Assembly (NCBI GenBank): GCA_050633305.1
Contig: JBOEGF010000032.1
Span: 160,001 to 224,000, forward strand
DNA: 64,000 nt
Source of the DNA: Nannocystales bacterium
GTDB lineage: Bacteria; Myxococcota_A; Polyangia; Nannocystales; Nannocystaceae
Direction: 5' to 3'
Position 1 is the stretch's first letter. Every line of letters starts with the position of its first letter. The notes beneath the pieces were generated by a model that saw only the letters and a program-made list of their open reading frames with translations, was not told the origin of the DNA and made no database searches. Shown here in pieces: positions 33,756 through 43,901 of the stretch. The translations under genes were made by a program, and so were the position numbers.

Positions 33756-33880
33756 GAAGCCGACTTCCGGCACCGGCCGGAGGGGTCAGTGAGCCCCCCT
33801 CCCACTGCCGAGCCCACCGTGCTCGCTGAGAGCGCGCTGCGATGGCAGCGGATGGGCGCAGCCGTACACTGGAACGCGCA

Positions 33881-34441
33881 ATGTCCAAGATCGAGTTCAA
33901 CATCCGGGATCTGAACACCGGCGAGGTTGTGTGCGCCGAATTCCCGGACCTTGCGACGGCAGAGACTTGGCTCGTCGACCGACCGGCCTTCACGCAAGTG
34001 CTGAGGCTGGTGACCGCACTCGAGCCGAAGACGGAGGCGCGGCTTCGGGAGGCGATGCGTCCGCTGGATGACCAAGAGCGCGCCGTGATGCTGAAAGCTG
34101 AGAGCGCGGCCGAGGCGGAGCGCATGGCCGAGGTTGCACGGCTGCAGGAGATCCAAGACAACACACCCAAGGACCCAGACCGTCCGATGACCCTTCAGTG
34201 GGCACTCGAATCCGGGCTCTCGGTGAGCGACGCCAATGATGATCGCGAGATCACGGACGCCGCACGCAAGGCGGTCCTCGCTTGGATCGCCGAGCGCGAC
34301 ACGTGGGTCCAGGATCGTGGCCAGCGGGTCGCCGCCGCGAGCGTTTCGGTGTGGCCTGGGCCAATCCCCGGCGGCAAGGAGGCCGAACGAATTCCTCCGG
34401 GGGGCACGTTCGTCACCGGCAGCCGAACCCCGGATGCGTGA
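33881..34441 (+). CDS. Hypothetical protein
   Basis: Normal high-GC codon usage and globular composition. Confidence 0.7.
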   Translation: MSKIEFNIRDLNTGEVVCAEFPDLATAETWLVDRPAFTQVLRLVTALEPKTEARLREAMRPLDDQERAVMLKAESAAEAERMAEVARLQEIQDNTPKDPDRPMTLQWALESGLSVSDANDDREITDAARKAVLAWIAERDTWVQDRGQRVAAASVSVWPGPIPGGKEAERIPPGGTFVTGSRTPDA

Positions 34442-34521
34442 GGAGAACGCACGAGTCACATCAAGGCCCTCCTCGGGTGGCAGCCCCGGCAGCTCCGTCG
34501 GACGCGTCGTTCGAGCCGACC

Positions 34522-35136
34522 TCAGCCCCAGCCGATGGCGTATCGGGTCTGACCCGGCTCGTCGTCGACGAGGTCTGCGTACTGCTGCTCCGCCCGGCAA
34601 GCGGTGAGCGCCGCGCGAAAGGACGCGACCAACGACACGCGAAACGGTCGCGAGTAGAGCCCCGGGGGGTAGGCAAGTGTGACTTGGGCTGAGCGTTTGT
34701 CCCCCGACGTGAGCAGCTCACTGCCCTCATGGAACGTCTTCCATCGGCGGGTCGCGCTCATGAAAAGGAGCGTCGGGGAGAACAAGAGCATCAAGGCACG
34801 GAAGAGCGGGCGTCGGTAGATCCGAAGCTGACGCTCGTAGTTCCACGCAAGAAACTCGTCGTCGGTCGCGTGCACCCGATCGCGGACCATGGTGAGCGCG
34901 AGGACAACCTCGACCGAGGGCATCCAGTCATCGGGGTCGATGTCGGCCGCCTCGCGTCCCTGGAGCGGGACATCGATTCCGTCTCCCTCGAAGAGGTCGG
35001 GAAACCGCTCCAGCATGTCGCGGAGGAACACCGCCCGACTTCGACACGCCGGAAACGACGCAAGTCCTTCAGGCAACGCCTCCAGGTATGCAGCCGCCTC
35101 CGGATACCTGGTGGCATCGACTCGCCCCGCTCGCAT
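34522..35136 (-). CDS. Conserved myxobacterial hypothetical protein
   Basis: YLEALPEGLASFP.C...PLFRALM...SP...RW..FH.GS pattern. Confidence 0.65.
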   Translation of the reverse strand: MRAGRVDATRYPEAAAYLEALPEGLASFPACRSRAVFLRDMLERFPDLFEGDGIDVPLQGREAADIDPDDWMPSVEVVLALTMVRDRVHATDDEFLAWNYERQLRIYRRPLFRALMLLFSPTLLFMSATRRWKTFHEGSELLTSGDKRSAQVTLAYPPGLYSRPFRVSLVASFRAALTACRAEQQYADLVDDEPGQTRYAIGWG

Positions 35137-35299
35137 CGGCCCTGACGGCACCTCGGATTCGTAATGCGTCGCCTCGTTATGGTCAAGCGATGTGGACGGC
35201 CCGGAAACGGACACGAGAGTCCAACCTCGGGACGCCGCGCGAGCACCAAGGCATCCCCCGAGCATGCGATGTCCAGCTCGGGGAAGACCGGAGCAGGCC

Positions 35300-36202
35300 T
35301 CACTCCGTGTAGATGAAAAGGTCGTCGCCGTCGGTCACCGTCACGACGACCAGTGTGTCGAGCGTGAGCTCCGGACCGAGCCCCTCGTACGCGGTTTGAA
35401 GGCTCTGCGCATGCATCGGGCCGTACGCGAGGATGTGGAGGATCTGTTTCTCCCACGCATCCACAGGCGCGACGTTGGCCGTGCTCTGCGGAATGTCCGA
35501 GAGTTTGTCCTCGAGAAGGGCCTGCGCCTGCTTCACCGAGTACGGGTCCTCCAGCGGGAACCCCTGCCCGCGCGTGACGCTGACCCCGATCTTGGTGCCG
35601 TCGAACTCGACCAGGAGATCGGTACGGGTTCCCTCTTCGTCATACACGATCTCCGTCTCGGTCTTGAGCAGCTCAGCGGACTCGCAGCGTGCAAGGACAT
35701 CGAACGAGATGACCTCCGAGTACAGCGAGCTGCCTCCCAGGTTGCCCGCATCGAACACCGCCTGGGCCCCGGGCGTGAGGAGCTCGTAGTCGAACCCGTC
35801 CTCGCCGAAGTCCAGCGTGTTGACCACGAACCCAGGGTCCTCCCCGGTGAGGGCGGCGACATCGAGCACCCCGCAGTCCCCCATCAACGCCCCCAAGCCC
35901 TCGTCTGCACCTGTCGAGGTGTCGTCTGCGGTAGCGGTACTCTCCGAAGACGAGCCCGTCGTGCCGGTGCTTCCGCCTCCCGTCGTACCGGTGTCCTCGC
36001 CCGATGAACCGGTCCCCAAAGGAACCGTACTCGCAGACGTCGAGGTCTCCTCGGCGGAGACTCCGGTCGTTCCGGTCTCCGTCTCTGCTCCCGCCCCGGT
36101 CGAACCGGACCCCGCGTCAATCCCCCCACCGTCGCAACCGAGCACACCGAGGGCGAGTGCCAGCACCAAGCCGAGCGTTCCGTCGAGTCCGCGAGCCGTC
36201 AT
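35300..36202 (-). CDS. Lipoprotein with AAC4-like C-terminal domain
   Basis: VLGC lipobox; S/T linker; GGSSLYSEVISF, LLKTETEI.Y, TDLL, KIGVSVTR, WEKQILH. Confidence 0.75.
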   Translation of the reverse strand: MTARGLDGTLGLVLALALGVLGCDGGGIDAGSGSTGAGAETETGTTGVSAEETSTSASTVPLGTGSSGEDTGTTGGGSTGTTGSSSESTATADDTSTGADEGLGALMGDCGVLDVAALTGEDPGFVVNTLDFGEDGFDYELLTPGAQAVFDAGNLGGSSLYSEVISFDVLARCESAELLKTETEIVYDEEGTRTDLLVEFDGTKIGVSVTRGQGFPLEDPYSVKQAQALLEDKLSDIPQSTANVAPVDAWEKQILHILAYGPMHAQSLQTAYEGLGPELTLDTLVVVTVTDGDDLFIYTE

Positions 36203-36298
36203 GCGGAGACGTTCCCCCGCACCGCGGGTCGGGGCAAGAACAAACCGCTCGCGTCATCCAACTGCAGGGGTCGGACGACGCGGGCGGTGCGGATGAGC

Positions 36299-37363
36299 TC
36301 AGCCGCCGAACTTGCCGAACGCGCCGAGGTCGCGGAATGCCTGGACCAGTCGGTCCCGCATGCCCTTCTCGCCCAGGTGCACCCAGGCGCGAGGGTCGAT
36401 GTGTTTCTTGTTGGGCTTGTCCGCGCCCTCGGGGTTGCCAAGCTGTGTCTTGAGGTAGGCGTCCTTCTCGTCCATGTACGTTTTCACAGGGTGGCAGAAC
36501 GCCCACTGCGTGTCGGTGTCGATGTTCATCTTCACGACGCCGTAGGAGACCGCCTCGGCGATTTCCTCAGGCGTGGACCCCGACCCCCCGTGGAAGACGA
36601 AGTGCAGCGGCTTGGGCCCACCACCATGCTTCGCCGCGACCGCGTCTTGCGAATCCTTGAGGATCCCCGGACGCAACTGAACGTTGCCCGGCTTGTAGAC
36701 CCCGTGGGTGTTGCCGAACGAGGCAGCGACGGAGAACGAGCCGACCGAGTGTAGTTTCTCGTACGCGGCAAGGACCTCGGATGGCTGGGTGTACAGCTTG
36801 GAGTCGTCGAGGTCGGAGTTGTCGACGCCATCCTCTTCGCCCCCCGTGACACCAAGCTCGATCTCCAGCGCCATGTCGATCTTGTTGAGCCGCGCCAACA
36901 TGTCGGCGCTGATCTGCAGGTTCTCCTCGAGCGTCTCTTCGCTGAGGTCCAACATGTGCGAGCTGTACAGGGGCTTGCCCGTTTGCTCGAAGTACGCCTC
37001 ACCAGCGGAGACCATGCCCTCGACCCACGGGATCAGCTTCTTGGCCGCGTGGTCGGTGTGCAGGACGACCGCGACACCATAGGCTTCGGCGATCGAGCGA
37101 ACGTAGTGCGCAGCGGCGACCGCCCCGGCGACCCCGCCGTCCCCCTTGTCCAAGAACTTGCCGCCGAAGAAGTGGGCACCACCGTTGGACAGCTGAACGA
37201 TGACCGGGGCCTTCGCTTCTCGCGCCGCCGCAAGGGCTGCGTTGGCGCTGTGGGACCCGATCACGTTGACTGCCGGGAGCGCACAGGTGTGCTCCTGACA
37301 GTAGTCGTAAAGGTCGGTAAGTGCGGTTCCAGTGACAATGCCGGGCTCGAGTTTGAATGCCAT
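36299..37363 (-). CDS. fbaA: Class II fructose-bisphosphate aldolase
   Basis: LHTDHAAKKL, SSHMLDLSEE, ELGVTGGEEDG, FGNTHGVY, VFHGGSGS, KMNIDTD. Confidence 0.97.
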   Translation of the reverse strand: MAFKLEPGIVTGTALTDLYDYCQEHTCALPAVNVIGSHSANAALAAAREAKAPVIVQLSNGGAHFFGGKFLDKGDGGVAGAVAAAHYVRSIAEAYGVAVVLHTDHAAKKLIPWVEGMVSAGEAYFEQTGKPLYSSHMLDLSEETLEENLQISADMLARLNKIDMALEIELGVTGGEEDGVDNSDLDDSKLYTQPSEVLAAYEKLHSVGSFSVAASFGNTHGVYKPGNVQLRPGILKDSQDAVAAKHGGGPKPLHFVFHGGSGSTPEEIAEAVSYGVVKMNIDTDTQWAFCHPVKTYMDEKDAYLKTQLGNPEGADKPNKKHIDPRAWVHLGEKGMRDRLVQAFRDLGAFGKFGG

Positions 37364-37460
37364 TGCGATGCGCTCCGTGAACGCGCGCAGCCTACCGCGA
37401 GAGGTGGACCGCCGGGTTTACGCCGTACCGGGAGGTTCCCCACCCTTCCACAAGAACAAA

Positions 37461-37498
37461 ATCGAACATTGACAACATCAAAGTGATCAATGTTTGAT
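37461..37498. promoter_or_regulatory. AT-rich inverted repeat overlapping a TTGACA hexamer
   Basis: ATCGAACATTGA-N14-TCAATGTTTGAT (11/12 match) in the divergent fbaA/DUF2330 gap. Confidence 0.45.
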
Positions 37499-37504
37499 TG
37501 CAAC

Positions 37505-39310
37505 ATGCCTCGCCTCGCCTTCTCCGCGTTTTGCGCACCAGTCGTCGCGCTCCTCGCCCACCTGGCGGCACCCAACACGGCGGCAGCCTGCGGCGGAACC
37601 TTCTGTGACGGAGGGGGGCCCCAGGGGATGCCCGTGGACCAGACCGGCGAGACCATCGTCTTTGCGCAGGGCGGCGGCTTCGTCGAGGCGCACGTGCAGA
37701 TCAACTACGACGGCGGCGACGCGGATCAGTTCTCGTGGATTGTCCCAGTCCCGGTTGTCCCCGAGATCGAGGTGGGCTCCCTGGCGTTCATCAACTCGCT
37801 CCGCACCGCGACGGTTCCCAGCTACGGCATCGTCAACGGGACCAACGAATGCGACGGCGGGGCGACGGGACTCTCCACCGGGTTCATCACCGACCCCGAT
37901 GGTGGCGGCGTCTCCATCGACCCGGGTGTTGACGTCATCGAACTCTCGACGGCCGGGTCCTTCGAGTACGCCATCCTGCAAGGCGGAACATCCACCACGA
38001 TGATGCAGTGGCTTGAGGCCAACGGCTACGCCCCCAACCCCTTGGCCCCCGACCTGTTCGATGCCTACATCAACGAGGGGTCGGTGTTCGTGGCGTTCCG
38101 CTTGCGGCACCTCGCTGGGATCGAAGATCTTCACCCCGTCGTCATCCGCTACGAAGGAGACGAGCCCTGCATCCCCTTGCGCCTCACCGCAGTCGCGGCC
38201 AAGGAGGACATGGACATCCGCGCGATCTTCCTCGGAGAATCGCGCGTCCTTCCGACGAACTACCGACACGTGCGGCTCAACAACTTGCAGCTGAACTGGC
38301 TGCAACAGTCTCCGAACTATCGCGACGTCGTCTCAGCGGCCCTGGACGAAGCGGGCGGACGCGGATTCGTCACCGAATACGCGGGCAACAGCAGCGTGGT
38401 CGACCCAACCCCGGTCGACGCAAGCCTATTCGACCCCGACGCCTTCATTGGGGCCGACCCCCTGAGCGTCGTCGAGATTCTCAAGGTGCAGGGATTGGTC
38501 ATCTGCACGGACACCTGCGAGTACACCCACGAGCTGATCCCAGTCCTGTTGCGAGAGTTCTTCCCTGCACCGACCGGCATCGACCCCAACACGCTGTACG
38601 CGTGCTTGAGCTGCTACGAGCGCCTCGTGGACCTCAGCGGCTGGGACGAAGCGGCATTCATCCAACGATATCGCGAGTACATCAGCGGCCCGATGGACCA
38701 CGCAACCGACCTCCTCGAGACGTGGCCCTACCTCACCCGGCTGTACAGCCGCATCTCCCCATCAGAGATGACCACCGACCCGATGTTCGCCGAAGTCGAA
38801 GGCTTGGGCCCCATCCCCAACATTCTCGGTGCCCAGCGCAACACGGATGCCTGCTGCAACGACTCCGTGGTCCTGCCCGATGGCGCGACCGTTCGCCTCA
38901 ACGCCGGCAACTGGCCCGGCTGGGGCAAGGACATGCCGAACGCAGCGGTCATACAGCAGTACCAGCCTGGAGGTCCCCCCGCAGACGAGGTCAACAACCT
39001 CGCAGCGATCAACGCCGCGCTCAACGCCCACAACCAGGCTGTGAAAGTCCCGCAGCAGTGCGACGGCGAGACAGACGGACCGATGGGAAGCACGGGCACC
39101 GAAGGCGACAGCGGCGTGTTGTCTGGCGGCGGGAGCACCAGTGGCCCGGCAACGTCGGACTCCGCCTCGCCCGCGGGTGACACCTCGAGCGGCGCCGCTC
39201 CGGGAGCGCTCGACGACGACGGAGGATGCCGGTCCGGCGGAGGCGGCTCGGGTTGGCTCGCGACCCTGCTCGGCATCGCGCTCGCTGCAACCCGGAGACG
39301 ACGTCGATGA
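37505..39310 (+). CDS. DUF2330-domain protein with MYXO-CTERM-like anchor
   Basis: ACGGTFCD, VDQTGETIVF, F.WIVPVP, CIPLRLT, FVTEYAG, YLTRL; C-terminal GGC...TM-RRRRR. Confidence 0.88.
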   Translation: MPRLAFSAFCAPVVALLAHLAAPNTAAACGGTFCDGGGPQGMPVDQTGETIVFAQGGGFVEAHVQINYDGGDADQFSWIVPVPVVPEIEVGSLAFINSLRTATVPSYGIVNGTNECDGGATGLSTGFITDPDGGGVSIDPGVDVIELSTAGSFEYAILQGGTSTTMMQWLEANGYAPNPLAPDLFDAYINEGSVFVAFRLRHLAGIEDLHPVVIRYEGDEPCIPLRLTAVAAKEDMDIRAIFLGESRVLPTNYRHVRLNNLQLNWLQQSPNYRDVVSAALDEAGGRGFVTEYAGNSSVVDPTPVDASLFDPDAFIGADPLSVVEILKVQGLVICTDTCEYTHELIPVLLREFFPAPTGIDPNTLYACLSCYERLVDLSGWDEAAFIQRYREYISGPMDHATDLLETWPYLTRLYSRISPSEMTTDPMFAEVEGLGPIPNILGAQRNTDACCNDSVVLPDGATVRLNAGNWPGWGKDMPNAAVIQQYQPGGPPADEVNNLAAINAALNAHNQAVKVPQQCDGETDGPMGSTGTEGDSGVLSGGGSTSGPATSDSASPAGDTSSGAAPGALDDDGGCRSGGGGSGWLATLLGIALAATRRRRR

Positions 39311-40218
39311 CGCGCCCGACACTTCTCAGTGTGCTGGTGTTGGGCGGCTGTACCGCATCCGTCACCGCGGGCGGGGGTCCCGACGCATCGGGGTCGTCCA
39401 GCTCGTCCGGACCGACGGTCGTCGAAACAAGCACCGGCACCACCGCGGGGCTCGACGAGAGCACGACGGCGACAGATCCCGCCTCATCCAGCACCACGGT
39501 GTCGGCATGGGAGACCGAGGGCGCGGACGAGGGGTACGCGACGACCGGAAACTGCGGCTTCACGTGCCCGCCGCCCCCAGGACCTGGAGGCGGATTTGGG
39601 TGCAACTTTTCGGACCAAGACTGCTTCGAGGGCGAGAAGTGTGCCCCATGGGCCAACGATGGCGGAGTCGTCTGGAACGCCCTGCGCTGCGTCCCGGTCG
39701 CCGACCGCCCTCACGTGTTGGGCGAAGACTGCACCGTCGAAGGCTCATTCGTCTCCGGCGTGGACAGCTGCGATGTGGGGTTGGTCTGCACGGTGACGGG
39801 CACCGACAGCCTTCGCTCCAACGCCGGCACCTGTACCCAACTGTGCAACGCCGGTCCGTGCCCGGACGGTACGTTGTGTACGGTCCCCGGCACTCTCAAC
39901 GTCGGAGCCTGTGGCGAGATCTGTGATCCGTTGGCGGATGGCGCCTGCCCACCGGGCCTGGGCTGCTTGCCCGCGGGACTCGGATTCGCGTGCCACCTCG
40001 CGTTCAACACTGGGAACGACGAGCCCTGCACTGCGGTCGCCGACTGCGGATTGACGCACGTTTGCACGCAGGCGTCACAGTGCGGCGGTGAACCGGGGGA
40101 CACGTGCTGTGCTCAGCTGTGCGACCTCGAGTCGCCGGACTGCCCAACCGGCCAAACCTGCACCGACTACGGCTCACCGCTCGCCGCCTACGCGACGGTC
40201 GGGTTCTGCGAAGGCTAG
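39307..40218 (+). CDS. Cys-rich lipoprotein
   Basis: LGGC lipobox; QDCFEGEKCAPWANDG...CCAQLCDL; ATGA overlap with the upstream gene. Confidence 0.8.
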   Translation: MTRPTLLSVLVLGGCTASVTAGGGPDASGSSSSSGPTVVETSTGTTAGLDESTTATDPASSSTTVSAWETEGADEGYATTGNCGFTCPPPPGPGGGFGCNFSDQDCFEGEKCAPWANDGGVVWNALRCVPVADRPHVLGEDCTVEGSFVSGVDSCDVGLVCTVTGTDSLRSNAGTCTQLCNAGPCPDGTLCTVPGTLNVGACGEICDPLADGACPPGLGCLPAGLGFACHLAFNTGNDEPCTAVADCGLTHVCTQASQCGGEPGDTCCAQLCDLESPDCPTGQTCTDYGSPLAAYATVGFCEG

Positions 40219-41895
40219 CTAAGGCCCGCCCTGCGCCGTGGCCTGCTCCATCGCATCGAGCAGGGCCGCGCGTGAGGCCGGCTTGCGAACGAACAGTGCG
40301 TGCTCCCGCTCTAGGTCCACGTCCCGCATCGCATCCTCAACGTGTCCCGACATATACACGACGCGTAGATCCGGCTCGGTCATCCGAAGCTGGCGGACGA
40401 GGTCGGGCCCGGTCATCCCAGGCATGAGAACGTCGGTGAGCACCAGGTGAAACGGTTCGGGCGCTTCCTCCCAGCGAGCCAGCGCTTCGGCTCCGTTCGC
40501 CGCCGCCACGAGCCTGTGGCCCGCCCGGGACAACATGACCTCGAGCGCACGACGGACCAACGCATCGTCCTCGACCAGCAACACCCGCAACCGCCGACGG
40601 TCCTCGGGCCCCACCGTGTCGTCTGTCGTCTCACGCAGCTCCGCCGAGCGTCTCGTCAGCGGGAGGAACACCTCGAAACTCGATCCCACGCCCAACTCGG
40701 AGGAGAGCCGCACGTGGCCACCGTGTTGGGTGATGATTGCGTGCACGGTGGCCAGACCGATCCCGCTGCCGCGCCCACGGTCCTTGGTGGTGAAGAACGG
40801 TTCGAACACCCTGCTCTGGACCTCCGGGCTCATCCCCGAGCCTTCGTCGCTCACGGTCAGCACCGCGTATCGCCCCGGCGGGATGACCCCCGTCGCGGCG
40901 CCCGTCGGCTCGGTCACCGTGTCTGCCCACAACTGAATCCTCAACCGGCCACCATCGGGCATCGCGTCCTGGGCGTTGATCGCCAGGTTGAGCAACACCT
41001 GCAGTAGGTGGTCCCGGTCGCCCTCAATGGGCTCAACCGTCCGGTCCGCCTCCACCACAATCTCGACGTTCTCCCGGATCAAGCGGCCCAGCACCTGCTC
41101 GGCTCCCCGGACGACGTCGATCGGCCGCATTACGTCGTACGTGGCCGGTCCGCGCCGGCTGAACGCGACCAGCTCGCTCGCCAGCGAAGCACCGCGCTTG
41201 GCCGCCGTACGGATCGCGCGGAGATCGTCGTATTGCGGATGGCCCACGCCGGTGTCCTGCATGACGTCGTCGACGCGTGCCAGCACGACGGCAAGCACGT
41301 TGTTGAAGTCATGCGCAATGCCACCGGCGAGCCGGCCCAAGCTCTCGAGTTTTTGCCCCGCGACCGCCTGGTCCGAGAGGGTTTTCTGACGTTCTCGTGC
41401 GATGTTGCGGACCCGTCGAACCAGCCAGAGCGTGAGCATCACAAGACCGACCTGCGAAAGCCACCGCGTGAACAAGGGAGGCCGGCTCCCGCGAGGGGTC
41501 CAGTCGCACGCTTCGGCCACTGCCAAGAGCGTAGTCAAGACAACAACCACCGCACCCCATCCCAGGGCGACACGGCCTCGCCCGACCATCGAGGCGATCA
41601 TGGGAATGAGCGCGAGCCAGGCCGTGATCTCCATGAGCAGCCCACCGCGGATCCAAGCCAGCGCGAGGACGACACAGAGCACGAGCGCTCCGGTGTAGTT
41701 GCCGACCCAGTACAGCAAGCCCGGTCGGTGCTTCACGAGGAGAGCCGGGGCCGCCATCGTGGCGCCCACGATCAAAACCCACGCGCCCGCGTGGTTGCCC
41801 CCCGAGTACGCGACACCGGCCAGGCCAGCCATCAGCCCGACGCTGATGCCGAGGAGGGTCCGAAGCACCCCCCATGCGCGTGGCCCGTCATGCAT
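40219..41895 (-). CDS. Membrane hybrid sensor histidine kinase/receiver (CckA-like)
   Basis: GIAHDFNN H-box, LNLAINAQDA, FEPFFTTK, GLATV; receiver LLVEDD...TDVLMP...K. Confidence 0.93.
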   Translation of the reverse strand: MHDGPRAWGVLRTLLGISVGLMAGLAGVAYSGGNHAGAWVLIVGATMAAPALLVKHRPGLLYWVGNYTGALVLCVVLALAWIRGGLLMEITAWLALIPMIASMVGRGRVALGWGAVVVVLTTLLAVAEACDWTPRGSRPPLFTRWLSQVGLVMLTLWLVRRVRNIARERQKTLSDQAVAGQKLESLGRLAGGIAHDFNNVLAVVLARVDDVMQDTGVGHPQYDDLRAIRTAAKRGASLASELVAFSRRGPATYDVMRPIDVVRGAEQVLGRLIRENVEIVVEADRTVEPIEGDRDHLLQVLLNLAINAQDAMPDGGRLRIQLWADTVTEPTGAATGVIPPGRYAVLTVSDEGSGMSPEVQSRVFEPFFTTKDRGRGSGIGLATVHAIITQHGGHVRLSSELGVGSSFEVFLPLTRRSAELRETTDDTVGPEDRRRLRVLLVEDDALVRRALEVMLSRAGHRLVAAANGAEALARWEEAPEPFHLVLTDVLMPGMTGPDLVRQLRMTEPDLRVVYMSGHVEDAMRDVDLEREHALFVRKPASRAALLDAMEQATAQGGP

Positions 41896-42004
41896 ACCCC
41901 AGCCGATGGTACCCCTGGAAACCCGTTGAGCGGGTCGGCACGAATTGGGACGGCGTCGGCCCCCGGGCGTAACCGTGTTGGCCGGTCGGCGTACTGCGGC
42001 AGCC

Positions 42005-42703
42005 ATGCGCTCGCTGTTTCGCTTGCCCGCCCTTCTCCCGGCTCTCGCACTTCTCCTCCCAGCCTGTGACGACAACAGCGGATCGGAGCCGCCGAGCTCC
42101 GGCACGACGACCTCCACGCCGAGCAGTGAGGGCTCTGGGACCTCGGTAGGTTCTGGTGCGACCTCCGACACACCGACATCGACCACAACGACGTCGAGCA
42201 CCACGCCGAACACCGACACCACCGGGGACAGCCTCACCACCGGGACAACCGGCGGCGACACAGTCGGAGGAACGGAAACCTCCGACGCTTCGACCGGTGA
42301 TCCGGTCGTCCCGCCACCACCGGTCGGGGCAGCCGCGTTGCTGCCATGGCTCGAGGCGGGGAACTACAGCCGATGGGACGCGGAAGCCGAGCGTCACCCT
42401 TCGCAAGGACCGCACTTCGACGGCGTCCGGACCTTCGTCAACGCGACGCTCCTCGACTCGCTCGAGGCCGGCAGTGACGACCATCCCGTCGGATCGTCGG
42501 TGGTCAAAGAGCTCTACGGAGCGGGTCCGGACGTCGGCGGATGGGCGGTGATGGTGAAGGTCGCAGCGGGGAGCAGCGTCGACAGCTGGTACTGGTACGA
42601 GTCCTTTCAAGGCACCACGTACGCGGATGACACGGGCGTCAGCCTCTGCGGAAACTGTCATGGCCGAGGCGTGGACTTCGTCCGCACCACTCTGCCCCTG
42701 TGA
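42005..42703 (+). CDS. Lipoprotein cytochrome P460/c'-beta family
   Basis: LPAC lipobox; VRTFVN, GSSVVKELY, AVMVK, WYWYE, C-terminal CGNCH..DF. Confidence 0.75.
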   Translation: MRSLFRLPALLPALALLLPACDDNSGSEPPSSGTTTSTPSSEGSGTSVGSGATSDTPTSTTTTSSTTPNTDTTGDSLTTGTTGGDTVGGTETSDASTGDPVVPPPPVGAAALLPWLEAGNYSRWDAEAERHPSQGPHFDGVRTFVNATLLDSLEAGSDDHPVGSSVVKELYGAGPDVGGWAVMVKVAAGSSVDSWYWYESFQGTTYADDTGVSLCGNCHGRGVDFVRTTLPL

Positions 42704-42769
42704 GCGCGCTCGCCCGCTGGGATGGGTCCGCGGGGCCTTGGGCTTGGCTTTTTCAGCGCGGTCCGCCGC

Positions 42770-43510
42770 TGTCTGCACCGGTCCCTGCGAGTTCGCGTAG
42801 CCCCCCAAGATCTCCACTCGCGATAGGCCGCCGACTCCGCGGAGTCGCAGAGGACCCCTGCGACGTCGTGCTCCACATGCTTCGTGTCGCGGACGTCGAG
42901 TTCAACGATGGAGCCATTGGGAAACTCCTGGAGCGTCCTGTTCACATTCGCCTTGTCGAGGAACGAGATGTTGTCGCCGAACTTCACCACGAAGCGGTCG
43001 TGGCTGTCGTCCCCGACCGTCGAGGTTTGATCGGCCCAAAACGGGTGCTGAAAGTGCACGCGCAACACGGACACCACGCCGACCAACACTCCACCGAGCA
43101 GGTCCGCGAACATGCCGGAGAACGTGACGATGCACGGCAGACCACCCGACTGGACGTTCGCGGAGCTGCGTACGATGACTGACATGACCGGCAGCCCGCC
43201 CACCACGTTGCCGCAGCTTGAGCCAGCAGTTCGCGGCTCGCCGGTGATGTCCGCTTGAGCGGGTGGAGCTTGGCGACGGCCTGGGACACAAGAGGGTCTC
43301 CACGCTGCGGATCGCCGCGAGCACCCCGGCGCTCCGCCATACCGCCGAACCGGACAGCGGCGCGATGAGCAACCCCCCAACGTTCCCCGCGATGAGCCCC
43401 GACAGGCGCGGAGCGTGTGGGAAGCGTGCGCGATCCCCAAGCGCAGAGGGAGCGCGATCGGGAACGCGACCAGTCCGACGGGGAGATCGAACCGTAGGTT
43501 GTCGAGAACT
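42770..43510 (-). pseudogene. Degraded SulP-family anion transporter
   Basis: Fragments spread over three frames: DLPVGLVAFPIALPL.LGIA.AS / SGLIAG.VGG / SVETLL / KL.PLKRTSP..RELLAQ / GGLP..SVIVRSSANV.SG / STAS-like ISFLDKA. Boundaries approximate. Confidence 0.8.
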
Positions 43511-43640
43511 CGCAGCGACACGGCGCCGGCGGTCCGGGTTCGCGTCAGGCATGAGTCGTGATCAGCGTACGACAGTGATCTACGCGGTCTCAGGCCGAAC
43601 GCCGCCCACACGCCGCAGGCCTGCATGGTACGGTGTCTCT

Positions 43641-43901
43641 ATGAAGGACCTGCGTTGTGCCATGGCGGCCCTCTTCTTCGCCTTGGCGCTCGGCCCAGCG
43701 TGTGACGACGAGGGCGAGCCCACCGACGAGGCCGACAGCATGGACGTGCCCGAGGCCGTGGAGGGTTGTCCGGATGGAGACGACCTCGTCGCCATTGGAG
43801 AAACGCGGGCCTGTGAGTGCGACGACGGCACCGAGGCAGACCAAACCTGCCTGTCTACGGGTGAATACGCAGACTGCAAGTGTGCCGGCGGCGGCTGGTG
43901 A
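43641..43901 (+). CDS. Small Cys-rich lipoprotein
   Basis: MKDLR...GPAC lipobox; six Cys in the mature part. Confidence 0.7.
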   Translation: MKDLRCAMAALFFALALGPACDDEGEPTDEADSMDVPEAVEGCPDGDDLVAIGETRACECDDGTEADQTCLSTGEYADCKCAGGGW

